From the NCBI GenBank assembly GCA_964035575.1, contig OZ037847.1, forward strand, positions 1,550,001 to 1,614,000: a stretch of 64,000 nucleotides of DNA, read 5' to 3'. The notes beneath the pieces were generated by a model. That model saw only the letters and a program-made list of their open reading frames with translations. It was not told where the DNA came from and ran no database searches. Origin of the DNA: Rhynchopus sp. YZ270_cl-10. Taxonomy: Eukaryota. The translations under genes and the position numbers were made by a program. Shown here one piece after another: positions 1-12,634 of the stretch; within the stretch, counting starts at the first letter, position 1; each line of letters starts with the position of its first letter.

Positions 1-15
1 TTTTTTAAAGCGTAC

Positions 16-1131
16 CAGGGCTTCCCGCAGGATCTGGGGTTTTGGCCTCCCAGGGGGACCAGCCAAAAAAAGGTGGATTTTTTTTTTTTTTTTTTCAATG
101 ATTTTAATTTGTGTGGTGTGTAGCATTAACGCTGACGCTACGTTACGTTACGCGCCTTTACGCACTTTAAGTGGTCAAAAAAATTTTTCGACTTCGGCGA
201 AAATGTCCCGGCAAACCGTTAAAACTGCTGCATTAACTCGCATATTGCATATCATCTCACGTTCCCCACCTTTGCGGAATAAGAAAAAATATGTCAGGTC
301 GGTAGCGTGCAGACGTTTCCTCGTATAGACATCTACAAAAAGAAACGACAGTCATGGCAAAGGTTCCTGGCGAAGCCACGGTACGCAACATTTCAAAATA
401 CTGTGATTAAAATTGCACATTTTACAGCCACACTATGTCATGGGTGGCTTGCAATCTTGCGCCGCAGGCGCACGGTACGCTACTTTTTTCTTTTGCCATG
501 CTGCATGCTTCCTTTTCCTTCGGCGTTTGACCAATTGAGTCGCGTTCTGGCTGTGACGGGGTCACTTTGCCCATGAGGCATACTCGTGGTTCTTTGCAAC
601 CGTTATTTTCTGCCTCTTCGGAGCCTGAGCCGATAACTGGGACTCCGCCGGTCGCTTTGCAAATTCCATTATGGAAATCTGTCTTGGTCCGGAGGACTTT
701 TTTGGTGCCATCTTTTCCCCCTGTTACACGACGGTGATGTAACGGGTGTTACAAGTGGAGTTACAAGTGAGTTACATGTAACTTTTGTTACATGTAACTC
801 ACTTGTAACTCACTTGTAACCCACCAGTTACAACCTGATTTTGCCTGTAATTCATGTATCCCACTTGTAACTCACTTGTAACGGTTTTTCACTTGTAACG
901 TTACATGTAACTTCACTTGTAATGTACTGTACATCACCGTCGTGTAGTTGCCTGTATTTGGATGCGCGGGGACGGGAGGGTGGGAAAAATTAAAAAAAAT
1001 GTGGAAAATTCCTAATAGGCAGCCTCGGAACACTCAAGGGCAGGCTGGTCCCCCCTGGTCCCCCCTTATTATTTTTATTTTCCCCCAGGGGGACCAGTGG
1101 TCCCCCCTGGTCCCCCCTGTGGGAAGCCCTG
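16..1131. mobile_element. Non-autonomous hAT-like TIR element with apparent 6-bp TSD
   Basis: TIR CAGGGCTTCCC(G/A)CAGG at 16 and inverted ending at 1131. GCGTAC directly flanks both ends (10-15 and 1132-1137). No credible ORF inside. Confidence 0.75.
727..944. mobile_element. MITE of the CACGACGG-TIR family, nested in the 16-1131 element
   Basis: TA|CACGACGGTGATGTA ... TACATCACCGTCGTG|TA, with internal GTTACAAGTGA/TCACTTGTAAC subrepeats. Related termini at 2451-2621, 61849-61949 and 63141-63231. Confidence 0.75.
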
Positions 1132-2450
1132 GCGTACGCTACTTTTTGTGAGCGGAAAGTGTCACGTCGTTCACTCACCTATGTGGAAGCGGAAACGCAT
1201 CAAACTACACAAAGGGGATGAGGGAACGATAAATGACTACTTTTTAAATGGAACGTAAGGAACTGTACATTTTTTGCTTTTTCTTCAAGATGACTCAGCG
1301 AAGTGAGACTTCGTAGCCCATCTGACACACCGTCCTCTTTGGTAGCTATGTGTGTACGAGAAACACTTTCATAATTCTAGTTTTTTTAAAATGCTTTCAT
1401 CTGGGGCTTTTGTTGTACACAAAGTGGCCTTGTTACGGTGGGGCAAGGTTACCGTGTATGTACGTCAGTCAAAAGGCGTCTGTATCAATACCTGCACTTT
1501 CTTTTTGAGTGTCTGCGTCCCGGCGTTTGCACTATCAGCTTCACTTTTTGAGTGGTTCGCATAGTTGTTACGAGCGATGCTCGGGGATGGACCCTGAGCA
1601 CTGCAGCTCAACACAAAAAAAAAAAACAAAACGACGCTGGTGTTTCGTTGTGTGTGGTGTAGTGCTTTCCCATACATTATGCACACCTTCGAAGTGCTTT
1701 CGATGCAACCAAAGCGCTGTTCTTTAGTTTGTAAAGAAAACCATTCCCGCTTTTGTTTCAGGTGACTAAGCTTACGAAGCTTACGTTCTCTCTCTCTTTT
1801 TTTTTTTGTTTAGATTTTCACTCCAAAGTTGAGGGTCTTTTATTCCCTTCTGTCGAATTGACTTTGGTATCTGTACTGGGGGGTTTTTTTAAACGGTGAT
1901 CAAGCATAGAGGCTGGTTCATCTGAACAGGTTTTTTTTTTGAAATACCAGAATTTATTATAGACTTTTCGCTCTCCCAACAAAACCCCGGACCGAGAGAC
2001 CAGGTGAATAAACTCCCCCGTGGAAATGTAATAGCTTTTTTCGAAGTACCGTATTCGTACAAATTATTGACCGTAAAAAAGGTCGAACTTCCAGAAAAAT
2101 CGTAAAAAGGTCGAACATTAGTACAGTCGATAGTTTGTACGAATACGGGAAACAAAATAAAATGGATAGCTGCTCAGAGGGGTGACGTTAGTATTCTCGA
2201 AAACCCCCGATCTCTCGTTTCCCTCTCCGCTTTTTTGCACCCTCTTTTTTTCCCCATAGATTTTTTTTTTGAATAGAAAATAGCCCGTTTTCCCCCTCCC
2301 GGAACCCCCTCGTTTGTATCTTCTCACCACCCCCAACCCCCCTTCTCCAGAACAATATAACGATATATTTTTTTTTTTCGATTTTAGAAGAAAAAAGCAT
2401 CTCCCCCCCCTTCCTTCTTCCTACCAAAAATATGTCCTCTCCCCTCCCTC

Positions 2451-2621
2451 CACGACGGGACCCAGTGACGAGTGAAAATGACAATTGAATGACAAGTAAA
2501 TCACTTGTCATGACAAGTGAATGACCTACAGCCCAGTGTAAAGGCACTTGTCATACTAAGTGACTTATTTGTCACTAGTCACTTGTCACTTGTCACTTGT
2601 CACTTGTCACTGGGCCCCGTC
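2451..2621. mobile_element. MITE-like foldback related to the CACGACGG family
   Basis: GACGGGACCCAGTGAC ... GTCACTGGGCCCCGTC inverted ends, with TGACAAGT/ACTTGTCA subrepeats. Confidence 0.6.
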
Positions 2622-2719
2622 CTCTCTCTCTTTCCCTCATATTTTCGCACTGCGCGATTCAAACATCCTACTTACTCTTACAAGACTGCAGGGAATTTAA
2701 AGGCAAACCCAACACAGAA

Positions 2720-4402
2720 ATGCCGCCACCACCACCACTCTCCCCACGGTCCGCAGCCGCGTCATTGCTGAAAGGCGAAACCTCTGTTGCAGTGTTGCTT
2801 AAAGTAGACCCACCTTCTCTGGGGGCAGGCGGGAAGCTGCGCGGGGGGGATGCTGGCATTTCAAAGATTATTGATGCTTTGAACACAATTGAACTTGAAT
2901 CCGGAGAAATCACACTGCGCTTTGAAGAGAGGCTCCGACCGCATCATATCCAGATGCTTTCGGAGGTGAGACGCGAAGGGAAGCAACCCCTGCATGTTGC
3001 TTTGCTTTGTTCTGACAATGATGTACTTTCCTATGATACGGCAGGGAGGCCTCCTAAATGGGGTGCTCTTTTCTCGAATGAACATCTCAAAATCACGCAG
3101 TTGGACATTGCTGGAAATTCTGTGGAAGATTCGCCTCCGATGCATCTGTTCTTCGAAGCATTGTCGGCGCAACAATCGGTATCGCACATTACCTTCCGTC
3201 ACCTCGGATCGGAGTTGGAATCTTCTCAGGATAAAGAAGCCTTTTTTGATGGAGTGCTCTCTGTGATTGACAGATTGACACACCTTAATTTGACACATTG
3301 CGATCTTGGTGTCACTCCGGGGGAGATTCTGATAGACGGGGTAGCAAAAAGAGAGGAGATGACGACGATGGAGGTTCTGAAGCTCTCCTGGAATGGGCTG
3401 AGGTCGGGGGTTCCGGAAATGGTGCTGCGGTTTCCGTCGCTGAGGGAGCTGCATTTGGGGAAGAATGGGATTGTCGGGGAGGATGGGTTTGTCGATATGT
3501 TGTCAGCACTGCCGAAGCTTGAGTACCTTGAGCTGAACGACAACGATCTTGGGGAGGTGGGGTGCTGTAGGGTGGTATCCGCTATCTCGCAGTGTCCACG
3601 TCTTGCGTACTTAGGGCTTCATGAGAATGCGGCTGGGGATGCGATCAACGATGAGTTGTGCACTGCATTGTTCTCACATCCAGCGCTTAAGGCAGTGGAT
3701 CTAAGTGGAAATCTCATGACCAAGGCAGGTCTCGCTTCCTTCCGTGCTGCGATTCTCAACACCAAAACCTCTATCACCGAAGTCAATCTCTCTGGAAACG
3801 CGTTCAGTGGAGGGGAGGTGGTTGCGTTGGACATTGCATACAATAGTGGCATCAAAATCAACTATTTTCAGTCCTTTTCAGAAGACTTTCGCAAACGCTT
3901 TGCAACTTTCACACACACCAGCTTTCTTACAGAACCATCTCTTGCTCGCTTTGGGCCTATTTTCTTGGACACACTCTACGACGATATCGAGGCAGTTTCT
4001 ACAGCAGGAAGCTCTGTGGCAGAGGCGATTCTGCAGATCTGTGCACGCGATCGACGCATTGAAGCGGTGCTAAGGAAGGCGTCGCTTGGTTCCTCCGAAC
4101 CTTCAGTGGTTGTTACGGGATATGAGAGCGCCCTGCATGAGGCGTTCTCAGAGGTGAAGAAGGTGGCTAAGGAAGAGACTGCAGAATGCTCCTTCGAAGT
4201 CCGCCCCAAATCGACCATTGCAGATATTCTCAAGGTGGTCAAGAAAACGTCCTGCAAAGAAGTGCTCCTTCACCCCTCCAAAGACCCCCTCTCCACAGCA
4301 CAACTCTGCATCCTAACAACTGAATGCAAAAAGGTCGCAAAGCTCGCGACAACCATGAGAAACGGACGCGCAGTGCTGACTGCGGTTGTGGAGGTGGAGT
4401 AA
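2720..4402 (+). CDS. Leucine-rich repeat protein (RNI-like LRR), ~560 aa
   Basis: Repeated LxxLxLxxNxxG units (LKLSWNGL, LHLGKNGI, LELNDNDLG, LGLHENAAG, VDLSGNLM, VNLSGNAF). First ATG at 2720 follows a CA-rich leader. Confidence 0.85.
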   Translation: MPPPPPLSPRSAAASLLKGETSVAVLLKVDPPSLGAGGKLRGGDAGISKIIDALNTIELESGEITLRFEERLRPHHIQMLSEVRREGKQPLHVALLCSDNDVLSYDTAGRPPKWGALFSNEHLKITQLDIAGNSVEDSPPMHLFFEALSAQQSVSHITFRHLGSELESSQDKEAFFDGVLSVIDRLTHLNLTHCDLGVTPGEILIDGVAKREEMTTMEVLKLSWNGLRSGVPEMVLRFPSLRELHLGKNGIVGEDGFVDMLSALPKLEYLELNDNDLGEVGCCRVVSAISQCPRLAYLGLHENAAGDAINDELCTALFSHPALKAVDLSGNLMTKAGLASFRAAILNTKTSITEVNLSGNAFSGGEVVALDIAYNSGIKINYFQSFSEDFRKRFATFTHTSFLTEPSLARFGPIFLDTLYDDIEAVSTAGSSVAEAILQICARDRRIEAVLRKASLGSSEPSVVVTGYESALHEAFSEVKKVAKEETAECSFEVRPKSTIADILKVVKKTSCKEVLLHPSKDPLSTAQLCILTTECKKVAKLATTMRNGRAVLTAVVEVE

Positions 4403-4967
4403 GAAAAAAAAAAGGGGTGGTTTTCCCCATCAACTCAAGGCATTTTTCAAAGGAGACATCTTCCGTCAAATTAGCAAAAAAGCAAAAAATGCTGCCAAAT
4501 CTGTATTATCTTCAAAAAATATGTGCACAGTGTATCATATCCACAAAATTTCTCCTCCCCCTCTTTTTTTTGGAAATAACTGTGTACCTGCTTGCAGTTT
4601 CCCTGTTAGCACAACTCCTAAGTGCAACACTCCAGGGTTCGATAACTTCACGGAGAGTCAGTGCCTGCGTCCCAGAGAGCGTTTGCACTATCAACCTTAC
4701 TTTTTTGAACACTGCCACAAGAGGGCTTTTTTTTGTATTTCAAAATCAACGTTTTTTTTTTTTTTTTGTATTTTTTGTAGAAAACCTAACGATCCACCAC
4801 CCTCTCTTTTTCCACCCCCTCCACACCTTCTCTTCTTCTCCCTCCAAAAACCCCCCCATATTCTTTTAATAAGTGGAGCTTGCAGATACTTTCCACAGTT
4901 TTATTTTAAGGTTAGTGTACATTGCTGTGCTTTTTGGGTCCTTTTTTTGGAGTCGCACTTCACTACA

Positions 4968-5630
4968 ATGGCCACGAATGAACCTGATGCTCTCACAACC
5001 ACCCCGCATCGTGTACAACCTGGGTATGCCGTCGGTGCAGACACACCACCCCTTCTCTTGCCGCTTCTTGCCTCGAATAAGGTGGTCATTAGGCATCGGC
5101 AGAAGGGGACACATCATAGTTACAGCATTGCAGATGGATCATCTGACGGTGCTGTGTATCGTATGGAAGAAACGCATGGGAGCGGGCTGTGGCAGGCGCA
5201 GCCGGCATGTGACATAGAGCTCAAGACAGAGGGAGGTACCGTGGTGGCATTATTTCGTCGTTCTGCAGGCAAGCCAGGGGATGCCGTATTAGAAGTGTTC
5301 CAAATTGTGGCAAAAGAGAAGGAACGTATCGGATCCGTGTCGGTCCTACAGAATTCATGTTGTTCTCGTGTTCTTGAGGTTCGGAGTGAAGGGGGTGGTG
5401 TGTCGATTCTCGAAGTTGGTTGGGGTGGTTACGTGCTGGACAGCGGGGTGCTGCACGACACGGAGTTGCTATTGTATCCGCGCTCGGGGAAAGGTGTGCG
5501 GACACATTGGTTTGAAGCAGAAATAAGGCCGAACACAGCGAAATCGCCTCAAAAAGCGAAGCTTCTGCTCCTCGCGGCAGCGTTGATGCTGGAGTTCCAC
5601 TACTCACATTTGTCCAACTCCACTGATTAA
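4968..5630 (+). CDS. Scramblase/Tubby-C/LURP-one-like beta-barrel protein, 220 aa
   Basis: ATG at 4968; the upstream part of the listed ORF is low-complexity intergenic read-through. Alternating beta-strands and a C-terminal hydrophobic helix KAKLLLLAAALMLEF resemble the scramblase/Tubby fold. Confidence 0.6.
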   Translation: MATNEPDALTTTPHRVQPGYAVGADTPPLLLPLLASNKVVIRHRQKGTHHSYSIADGSSDGAVYRMEETHGSGLWQAQPACDIELKTEGGTVVALFRRSAGKPGDAVLEVFQIVAKEKERIGSVSVLQNSCCSRVLEVRSEGGGVSILEVGWGGYVLDSGVLHDTELLLYPRSGKGVRTHWFEAEIRPNTAKSPQKAKLLLLAAALMLEFHYSHLSNSTD

Positions 5631-5828
5631 AGCGTTTCTGGTGGACGACTACAAACGAGGAAACTCGACCTTTTCTTCAACAGCTTGGGTAGAAATGCAA
5701 TGTACATCCTGCCGACACTTCGCCCCATTACACCCCTCTCTCTCTCTCCCTACCCCGCTCGAATATTAGAGAAAAAAAAACGTTGGGGGTTTTTTTTTCT
5801 TGAAAAAAAAGGTAAAATACACAAAACA

Positions 5829-6656
5829 ATGCATCTGCAGCGTTTGTCTGAAGAGGTTCAAGATGCGCCCCCTCTTATAGTGCTTAGCGCAAAGTGCTCC
5901 TTTCGGGTGTCAACTAGCCATCAGCTGCATGGTGATGAGGCAGCACTGTTGGAGGTTGTGAGATGGGATTTGGCAATGTTGTTTCAGTGCGATGTGGGGC
6001 TGGTTACTATGCGTGGTGTGGAGCAGGGGAGGGGGTACCTCGACCTGCACACCACTCTGTCACGTGGCGCAGATATGCCGCCCGAAGCGATTATCCCTTC
6101 CTGCGAGGCCGTCGCTAACGCAGATCTACAGTGGCTTGCGAAGTACCTCCACAGCACCGCCTCACGCATGGCGCCACGTATCCTCATCGTCGACCCTGCA
6201 GACAGAGACGCATGCACAGCCCCCGCAGTCTCCCTAATCAAACAAGGCAACGACATTGTCGTGCAGCCCATCCAACGAAGAGAAAGCATTCCCGTTGTGT
6301 TGTCCCCACAGACCCGCCCGCGGCATGCACCCCCATCGCCTCCGTTGCGTATCAACGAGATCTTCCCTGTACAACGTGAGGCAAGAGAACGTGAGGCACG
6401 GTCCAGGTCTACAGGAGGGAGGTGGTCGGCTGCGAGAAGGACGGCTTCGCTGGGTGGCAGTGGCAGTGGCAGTGGTGGTGTGCCTAGGGTCATCAATGTT
6501 GATGCGCTTGGGAGGCATGGTGGTGGGGGTGGTGCACAGCGCCGCAGCTCCTCCCGCAACGCACCCCCGACACACTACCAGCAGCCGCGGAACACATCGA
6601 CACAATACGGCTTCAGGTCCGCCTCGCCTCGGGTGCATACCTTTGCTCCAGTGTAG
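5829..6656 (+). CDS. Hypothetical protein (globular N-terminus, disordered G/R/S-rich C-terminus), 275 aa
   Basis: ATG at 5829 after CACAAAACA; GC-rich, coding-like composition; no recognised family. Confidence 0.65.
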   Translation: MHLQRLSEEVQDAPPLIVLSAKCSFRVSTSHQLHGDEAALLEVVRWDLAMLFQCDVGLVTMRGVEQGRGYLDLHTTLSRGADMPPEAIIPSCEAVANADLQWLAKYLHSTASRMAPRILIVDPADRDACTAPAVSLIKQGNDIVVQPIQRRESIPVVLSPQTRPRHAPPSPPLRINEIFPVQREAREREARSRSTGGRWSAARRTASLGGSGSGSGGVPRVINVDALGRHGGGGGAQRRSSSRNAPPTHYQQPRNTSTQYGFRSASPRVHTFAPV

Positions 6657-6919
6657 TGAGGGGAGGGGGAGGAGGGAGAAGGAGGAGGAGGGGGTGTGGC
6701 CCCCGGTGCACATCACCTAGAGTTTTTTGTGATTTGCGCTGTGATGGGGGAAATAGGGTAAACGCAAAGATATGTAGTATATAAAAAAGCCTTCTGTCCT
6801 CACCCCTCTCTCAAAATATGCTCAATAATATTACTGTCACATCTCGCATGGATTTGGAATGTCCTCAGGGATCACCTCACCTTTTAACCCACAGAACCCA
6901 TTCCTTTCTACACTACACA

Positions 6920-8364
6920 ATGGGCTATGGTACTAATGGGATGAACAGCGACGGGACGCTGATGAACCAGGGGAACATGCTTGGCAAGCGGAGCATCCGT
7001 CTGCTGGGGCGGGAGAAGGGGTACGACACGGGGCACGCCATGGCAGCGTTGCTGGGGCTGCGCAGCTTGACGGCGGATGAAGAGGACGCCATGGCGCAGG
7101 AAGAAGCTAACCGCTCCGAAAGCCGCGGGAGTGTCCGGAAGTACCAGAACACACACACGACGCATGCTGCATCATCTCCCACTCTCCCTACATCATACGA
7201 GCGTGACGTGCCGGTTGAAAGAGAACGCATCAGCCACCTTTCAACCTCCGCACCACACCTCCCGCACACAAAACAGAAGGACACACAACACCAAGCCGCA
7301 GCTGACCTACCCGAATCTGCCCTGCGTGTCGGCATGCGCATCATCACCACAAAACCCATAGAGCTCCACTCTGGTAACTCTCTCCGCGCAGGTGTCATCG
7401 GTGTCGTTTGCAAAGTGCCCGGGGACCTCCCCGGGACAGTGGCAGAGGTTGATATCCCAAACGGACCCCTCTTCGATGCATGGCCAGGGACAATCGTGTG
7501 TGTCGACGCACCGCAAGGGAGAGAGGTGCCTCAACCTGCAGTGCCACAACAGTCACAAAGGTATGTGTTTTTTTAAAGGGTGCTTTTTTTGCTTATGAGT
7601 TGGATCGTATGTGGGTTAGATGTTTGGACAATATTGTTTGAGTTGGATGAATTGTCGAAGTATGCAAAAAGGTGTTCAAAAAATGTGGCATCTGCCTCAA
7701 GAGCGATCATCGCGTTCGTCTGCGGTGAAGTAAAAGTGTTTAGTATAGTGGAGCACACTCTAGGGCTATGCTGCACGCGCACGCGTGCGCAGCAAATTCT
7801 GAGAAAGTGCGCACGGCGCACGGCGTGCGCACGGCAGTATGCACGGCAGTATGTACGGCAGTATGTACGGCAGTACTTATTGTGAAGGATGAAAAAATAT
7901 CCGGCAAAACCCCCGAGACTTTGGCCCGTTGGGGCACCTGTTGCACTCCGCCTGCGGCGGCAACCGACGCATGACGTCGATCAGAGGAGGGTGAGACGCG
8001 TTTCTCCGCCTTTCTCGAAGTGCGCTGTAATCCGGGATAACCCCCTGCGCATAGGGGCTGGTACAGTACAACAAAGGGCAACGTATAGGAGCTAGGCTTC
8101 CTACGTTGAATAAGGGCCGTGCGCACTGCCGTGCGCACGCGTGCGCCGCAAATTTTCAAAAAGTGCGCACGGCGTACGTGCGGCGTACGCGTACGTACGG
8201 CCGTGCGCGTGCAGCATAGCTCTAGGGTGGTTACAATAATACAATCAAGTTTTCAAAAAAAAAAAAAAAACATCCCATTATCCAGGCGGAGCTGCGAAAA
8301 CTGTCAAATGACGTCCGCTGCAAGGGCAAAGTTCTGTTCGCATTGTGGTTACTCGGTGCAGTGA
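6920..8364 (+). CDS. Two-exon hypothetical protein with C-terminal zinc ribbon (CxxC-x10-CxxC)
   Basis: Exons 6920-7560 and 8286-8364. The GTATGT...TCCAG intron (7561-8285) joins in frame to give RRSCENCQMTSAARAKFCSHCGYSVQ*. Confidence 0.75.
7761..8224. mobile_element. Intronic MITE
   Basis: TIR TAG(G/A)GCTATGCTGCACGCGCAC at both ends; internal GTGCGCACGG and ACGGCAGTATG repeats; lies inside intron 7561-8285. Confidence 0.7.
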
Positions 8365-8892
8365 GGGGGAGAGGGGGAATGAGGGGGGGTCTGGGGATGG
8401 GAGGGGAAAATATTTCTATTTGTTTTTCTTTTTCAAAATTCATCCTTTCTCTTTTCCCTTGGTTTGTTTATGTGTATAGTCAGTTTCTTCAAAAAAAAAA
8501 AAAACTCCCTTCCCCAAACAAACAAACAAAAACACCCCATTTGTGAGCGTTATATTTTCCTTGCTTGTAATTGTCAGTTCTATCTTTCCATGCCCTTGTC
8601 TTTGAAATTCTGCAGGACAGGATTGTTTTGACTTGCAGCGGTTCTAACGTGCTCTGGCTCAAAAAAAAAAGAGGGGGTATTCTATTAGGTGACTAAAGCA
8701 CAGCTTTGCTTCATCTCTTTCACCACCTTTTTTTCTCTCTCTTTTTTTTCTTTTTGATTCCGCGCTGGAACTTTTCTGCTCGAAAAAAAATAGACAGTGC
8801 ATCACGTGCTTGGGTGTCTGCTCTCATACAAAAAGCCAATATTTCAAAAAAAAAAAAAAAAAAAGCTCGGACCAAGTGCTTTTCATGTGCAT

Positions 8893-8987
8893 AGTAAACG
8901 TACCCCCCTCGCCCTGTCCAGTTTGATGTGGAAAAAAAAAAGTCGAGCCTTGGGCTAAGTTGAACAACACAAAAAAAAAAAAAAAAA
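8893..8987 (+). repeat. Short dispersed repeat ending in poly(A), SINE-like; second copy at 54659-54754
   Basis: AGTAAACGTACCCC..GCCCTGTCCAGTTTGATGTGGAA(A)nGTCGAGCCT..GGCTAAGTTGAACAACAC(A)n is near-identical at both loci. Confidence 0.7.
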
Positions 8988-10731
8988 CACAGAATTCTAG
9001 CCAAATGAGTGTAGAGCCCCTGGTAGGCCATTGCCGATACAATTTTTTCTTTTGAGAGTGCAAAGACTGAATGTCAGCTACACTAAAACAGAATGTCAAA
9101 AAGCCGGTCCCATTTCTTCATATTGTGATATATCTACTGGGTGGGCGGGTGGGGGTGGGGGTTTTTTATGCTTGTGGGGGCGAAACTATGCACAATACCT
9201 GCGTGGGTAAGTATGTCGGTCGTAATGTGAGGACTCTGGAATGTAGAAGGTGGACCACCGGCGGTCAGCGACCTGTCAGCGACCTGTCAATATTGACCCC
9301 CTCCAGAGCACCATCCCAGTTTTCTTTTCAAAGATCTGCAGGAGAGGGCATGGACAATTTTTTTCCTTGATCGATGTTTGCTTGCATACCTTTTTAATTT
9401 TTTTTTGGAAAAAAAAAAGTGCATATTTGTACACCTTTCCAAAGGTTTGCCTTCTGTTCTGTTATTTGTTTTTTGTGGGCTTCTGTCCTCGGAGAAATAT
9501 ACATTGAAAATAGCCTTCAGGTGACATCGTTGCACACTAAAGAGTGATTGTGAAATGCAACATAAATATCTTACCAGTGGGTATAAAAGGAGTAACCTGT
9601 TGAATATTCTTTTAAGATGTGTGTACACAGTGATGTGCATTCAAATAAATAAAAAATCTTGTTTTTTCTTGCAACAAAAGTCATACAATGCAACGAGGCC
9701 TAGTACGCCTGGAAAATAGCCTGGCTGGAAAATATATCTGAGGCGTGCCTGAGGTGCAAGTATTCTCGAGTATGCCTCAGCCACGTCGGAGTATTTTTTA
9801 CCCGGCCCGATGCCGACTTAGCCTTGTTGCACTGTATGGAAAGGGGGGAGGGGATAAAAATAGGGTTGTTCGCACTGTTTTTCTTTCTACAACAAAAAAA
9901 CAGCACTTATATTGCGAACTTTGTTAAATACAAACGCAGCGTTTTATTTCTTTCCCAAATTTTAGTTAAAAAAAAGCAAAAAAAACAATATTGCTCTCAA
10001 GGGTTGAGGACGAACTCAAGCGGGATATCAGTTATTATTTGCAATCTATTATTTTTGCATCCAGGTATTATTGTGCTAAATTGGTTATTATTATTTTGCT
10101 AGTTTCGTTCGCGGGGTTTGAATATTTAATGAAAGCCATTCATTTATTTGCTAAATCAAGGGCAAATAATAACTGAGACTCCCCCGTTATGTATATGCCT
10201 TCCGTAGTAAGACTCCAGCGTCCCTCACACAACAAAACGCCATGCTTCGTTCTCTCCCCCGCTTTTCCTTCAGGCGTCTTGTTACCTCTGTAAGGCGGTG
10301 CCCTTTTTTTGGCTGTGGGAAATACACTTTGTTTGACAACGAAAGACTTAGGGCAACACTACCAACAGATTGTCGGGTGGGGGGGGAAAAACAGAAAATG
10401 GGGATGGGTGGATAATGGGTGCATTGTACAGTCTGATGTATTTCAGATGTACACCACGAAATGGATTTGTCTGTTAGTGAGGGTGTTCTGGTCATGCTCT
10501 AAGGGTACACTGTCCCGAGAGGGCTTTGTATTTGCAATGCACATTTTTTTTAAAGTATCAGCCCCAGATGGTTTGGCCTGTTTGAGCTAGCCGGGTCTTT
10601 TATCCTGTGACTAAGCACGAGAGAATTAGGTTCATCTTCTGAAATTTTTCATTTATCCTGAGTGACCTTCATTACCATCAGAACACATCAGAGTGCACAA
10701 TGCGGACCCTAAGGGGTGGGGTGGGGTGGGA

Positions 10732-10854
10732 TAATGGTGGCAGTATTGTGATGGGAGGGAGCCCATTGGAAGACACAAAAACATCAAAATACACCTGTAT
10801 TTTGATGTATTTTGCGTATTCCAATGGGCTCCCATCACAATACTGCCACCATTA
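10732..10854. mobile_element. Palindromic MITE, TA-ended
   Basis: TAATGGTGGCAGTATTGTGATGGGAG ... CTCCCATCACAATACTGCCACCATTA; almost the whole ~120 bp folds back. Confidence 0.65.
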
Positions 10855-11851
10855 GGGTGGGATGGGTGGGTCGTACCAACTTGCAACTCCAATTCTTCTG
10901 CACGGTTGACGATGATATTCATTCCATCGTCCCACTGAAACAAACAAAAAAAATTTTTTGTGGAGTTCACATCCTTAAAATGCTATACCCCCCCCTTTTT
11001 TTTGACCAAACACAGTGAAGTCATCCATTTTTTTTACAAAAAAAACTATAGAGCTGGCCCGCTTCAGGGAATACCTGTTTACCCTTTGAGCTAACGTCGC
11101 AAACCCGTGGTGAAGCTGTGGGGTCTTGAGGGTATGAGGTGAAAAACCATTTTTTTTTATGCGGCAAAAACCAGAAGGGTATAGTGTATTCCCATACCCC
11201 AGTGTGTCTCTGCGTCTACCGGCTCCCGGTGAGGCTGAGGATTCTGCAAGTGCAACTTATTTTTTTTTATAAAATGCATGCCCTCCTGTTGTGACCATTC
11301 TTTAATGATGTGTGCACATTCATCTTGCACTTTGCTTTGCTTTGCATTGCTAGGCGTTTGCTGTTATTTTATCACATTTTTTTTGTCACAGACAACAGGC
11401 TTTTTTTCTTCCTTTTTTGGGTGACCTGCCCTGTAGGTGATCAAAGCAAATGAGAGTTTGGGATGATTCTTCTTACAAGCTTTCTTTTTTTGTGTTTGTT
11501 GGCCTTTTTTGTTTGAGATGCATTGCTCCCAATTGTGAGGCTCCTTTTATCCTTTTATCCCGCCCTTTTCCCCCAAAAAATTTTCTCTTTTACATCTGTT
11601 AATTCGTTGCGTTCGTTCGCCCCCTCTGTGTGTTTGCTAGTAAGAGAGCCTCCCCTTCTCCCCTTCTCCCCTTCTCCTCGATTTCCTTCATTTTTTTTGC
11701 CTTCCATTTGCAAGATACGCATGTAAGGCTAGTCTTCCATGCATGAGGTCACATCCGTCAATCATCGTTACCATTTCCCGTCCTTTTTAACCCAACACTC
11801 AACCCTTTCAATACATTGTCCAATCCATGTGCAGAAGACACTACACAAGAC

Positions 11852-12634
11852 ATGGCAACGCTGGAAGAGATGCTCGGCATAATGCAGGCACACTTCGACA
11901 TAATCGAAAAGGAAATTGCGGAAATAGATCGGGTATGCAGCCGTTCTGATCCTTTTTTTTTTTTTGCAAAACGTGTTACGATAAGCACGTTATAATGCAT
12001 TGTGCTATGATCGCAAAGTATTGGCTATTTGTGGAAAAGGGGTACGGTGTACACACATGCCCTCACGACCATTGATTGATTTCAGTGACTGAACACACGA
12101 TCCACCTGATTTTTACCCCGCGTCTAGGCGCGTATGGGGAGCCTGTACGGACCTATACGATCCTATGCAGCCCTATACGCGCCTTTACGCGCCTATACGC
12201 GGGGTAAAAATCAGGTGGACGATCCTTAGGTTCATCTTAGAAACGCTTTCTTTAAAGCTGTTTAGCTCATCCGATACTGATGGGGTTTGCAGTGGCAATA
12301 TGAAGCAATGCTGTAGAGACGGTATTGTGGGCCATCCCAACAAATTCATCACAAAACACAGGACATCGACCATGTGGATGAATGTACCAAGAAATACGGT
12401 GATGTCTTTGCGGTATGCACTATTGTTCAGTAGGATCGTGACTAAACACGAGGCTTAGAGTCATCTTATGAACTTTCCTTTCTTTTTGAATGGAGTTTCG
12501 ATGCTGTACACCGCAACCCACCACAGGCACCATTAGGCCATCTGTACAGATTAAGACAAGAAAAAAAGGCTGCTCTCAATGCCATAGTCCTCCGCCTCGA
12601 AACCACACACGAGCGCCTTCGAACGTGCGACTGA
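11852..12634 (+). CDS. Small two-exon helical/coiled-coil protein (62 aa), absent from the ORF track
   Basis: Exons 11852-11932 and 12527-12634; intron GTATGC...CCACCACAG. Product MATLEEMLGIMQAHFDIIEKEIAEIDRAPLGHLYRLRQEKKAALNAIVLRLETTHERLRTCD. Confidence 0.55.
12100..12219. mobile_element. Intronic MITE-like foldback
   Basis: TCCACCTGATTTTTACCCCGCGT ... ACGCGGGGTAAAAATCAGGTGGA inverted repeat, with CCTATACG subrepeats. Confidence 0.6.

Noticed and set aside
10242..10438. Possible gene starting MLRSLPRFSFRRL (presequence-like) with a GTAAGG...AACAG intron
   Set aside because: No convincing downstream exons or recognisable product; left uncalled.
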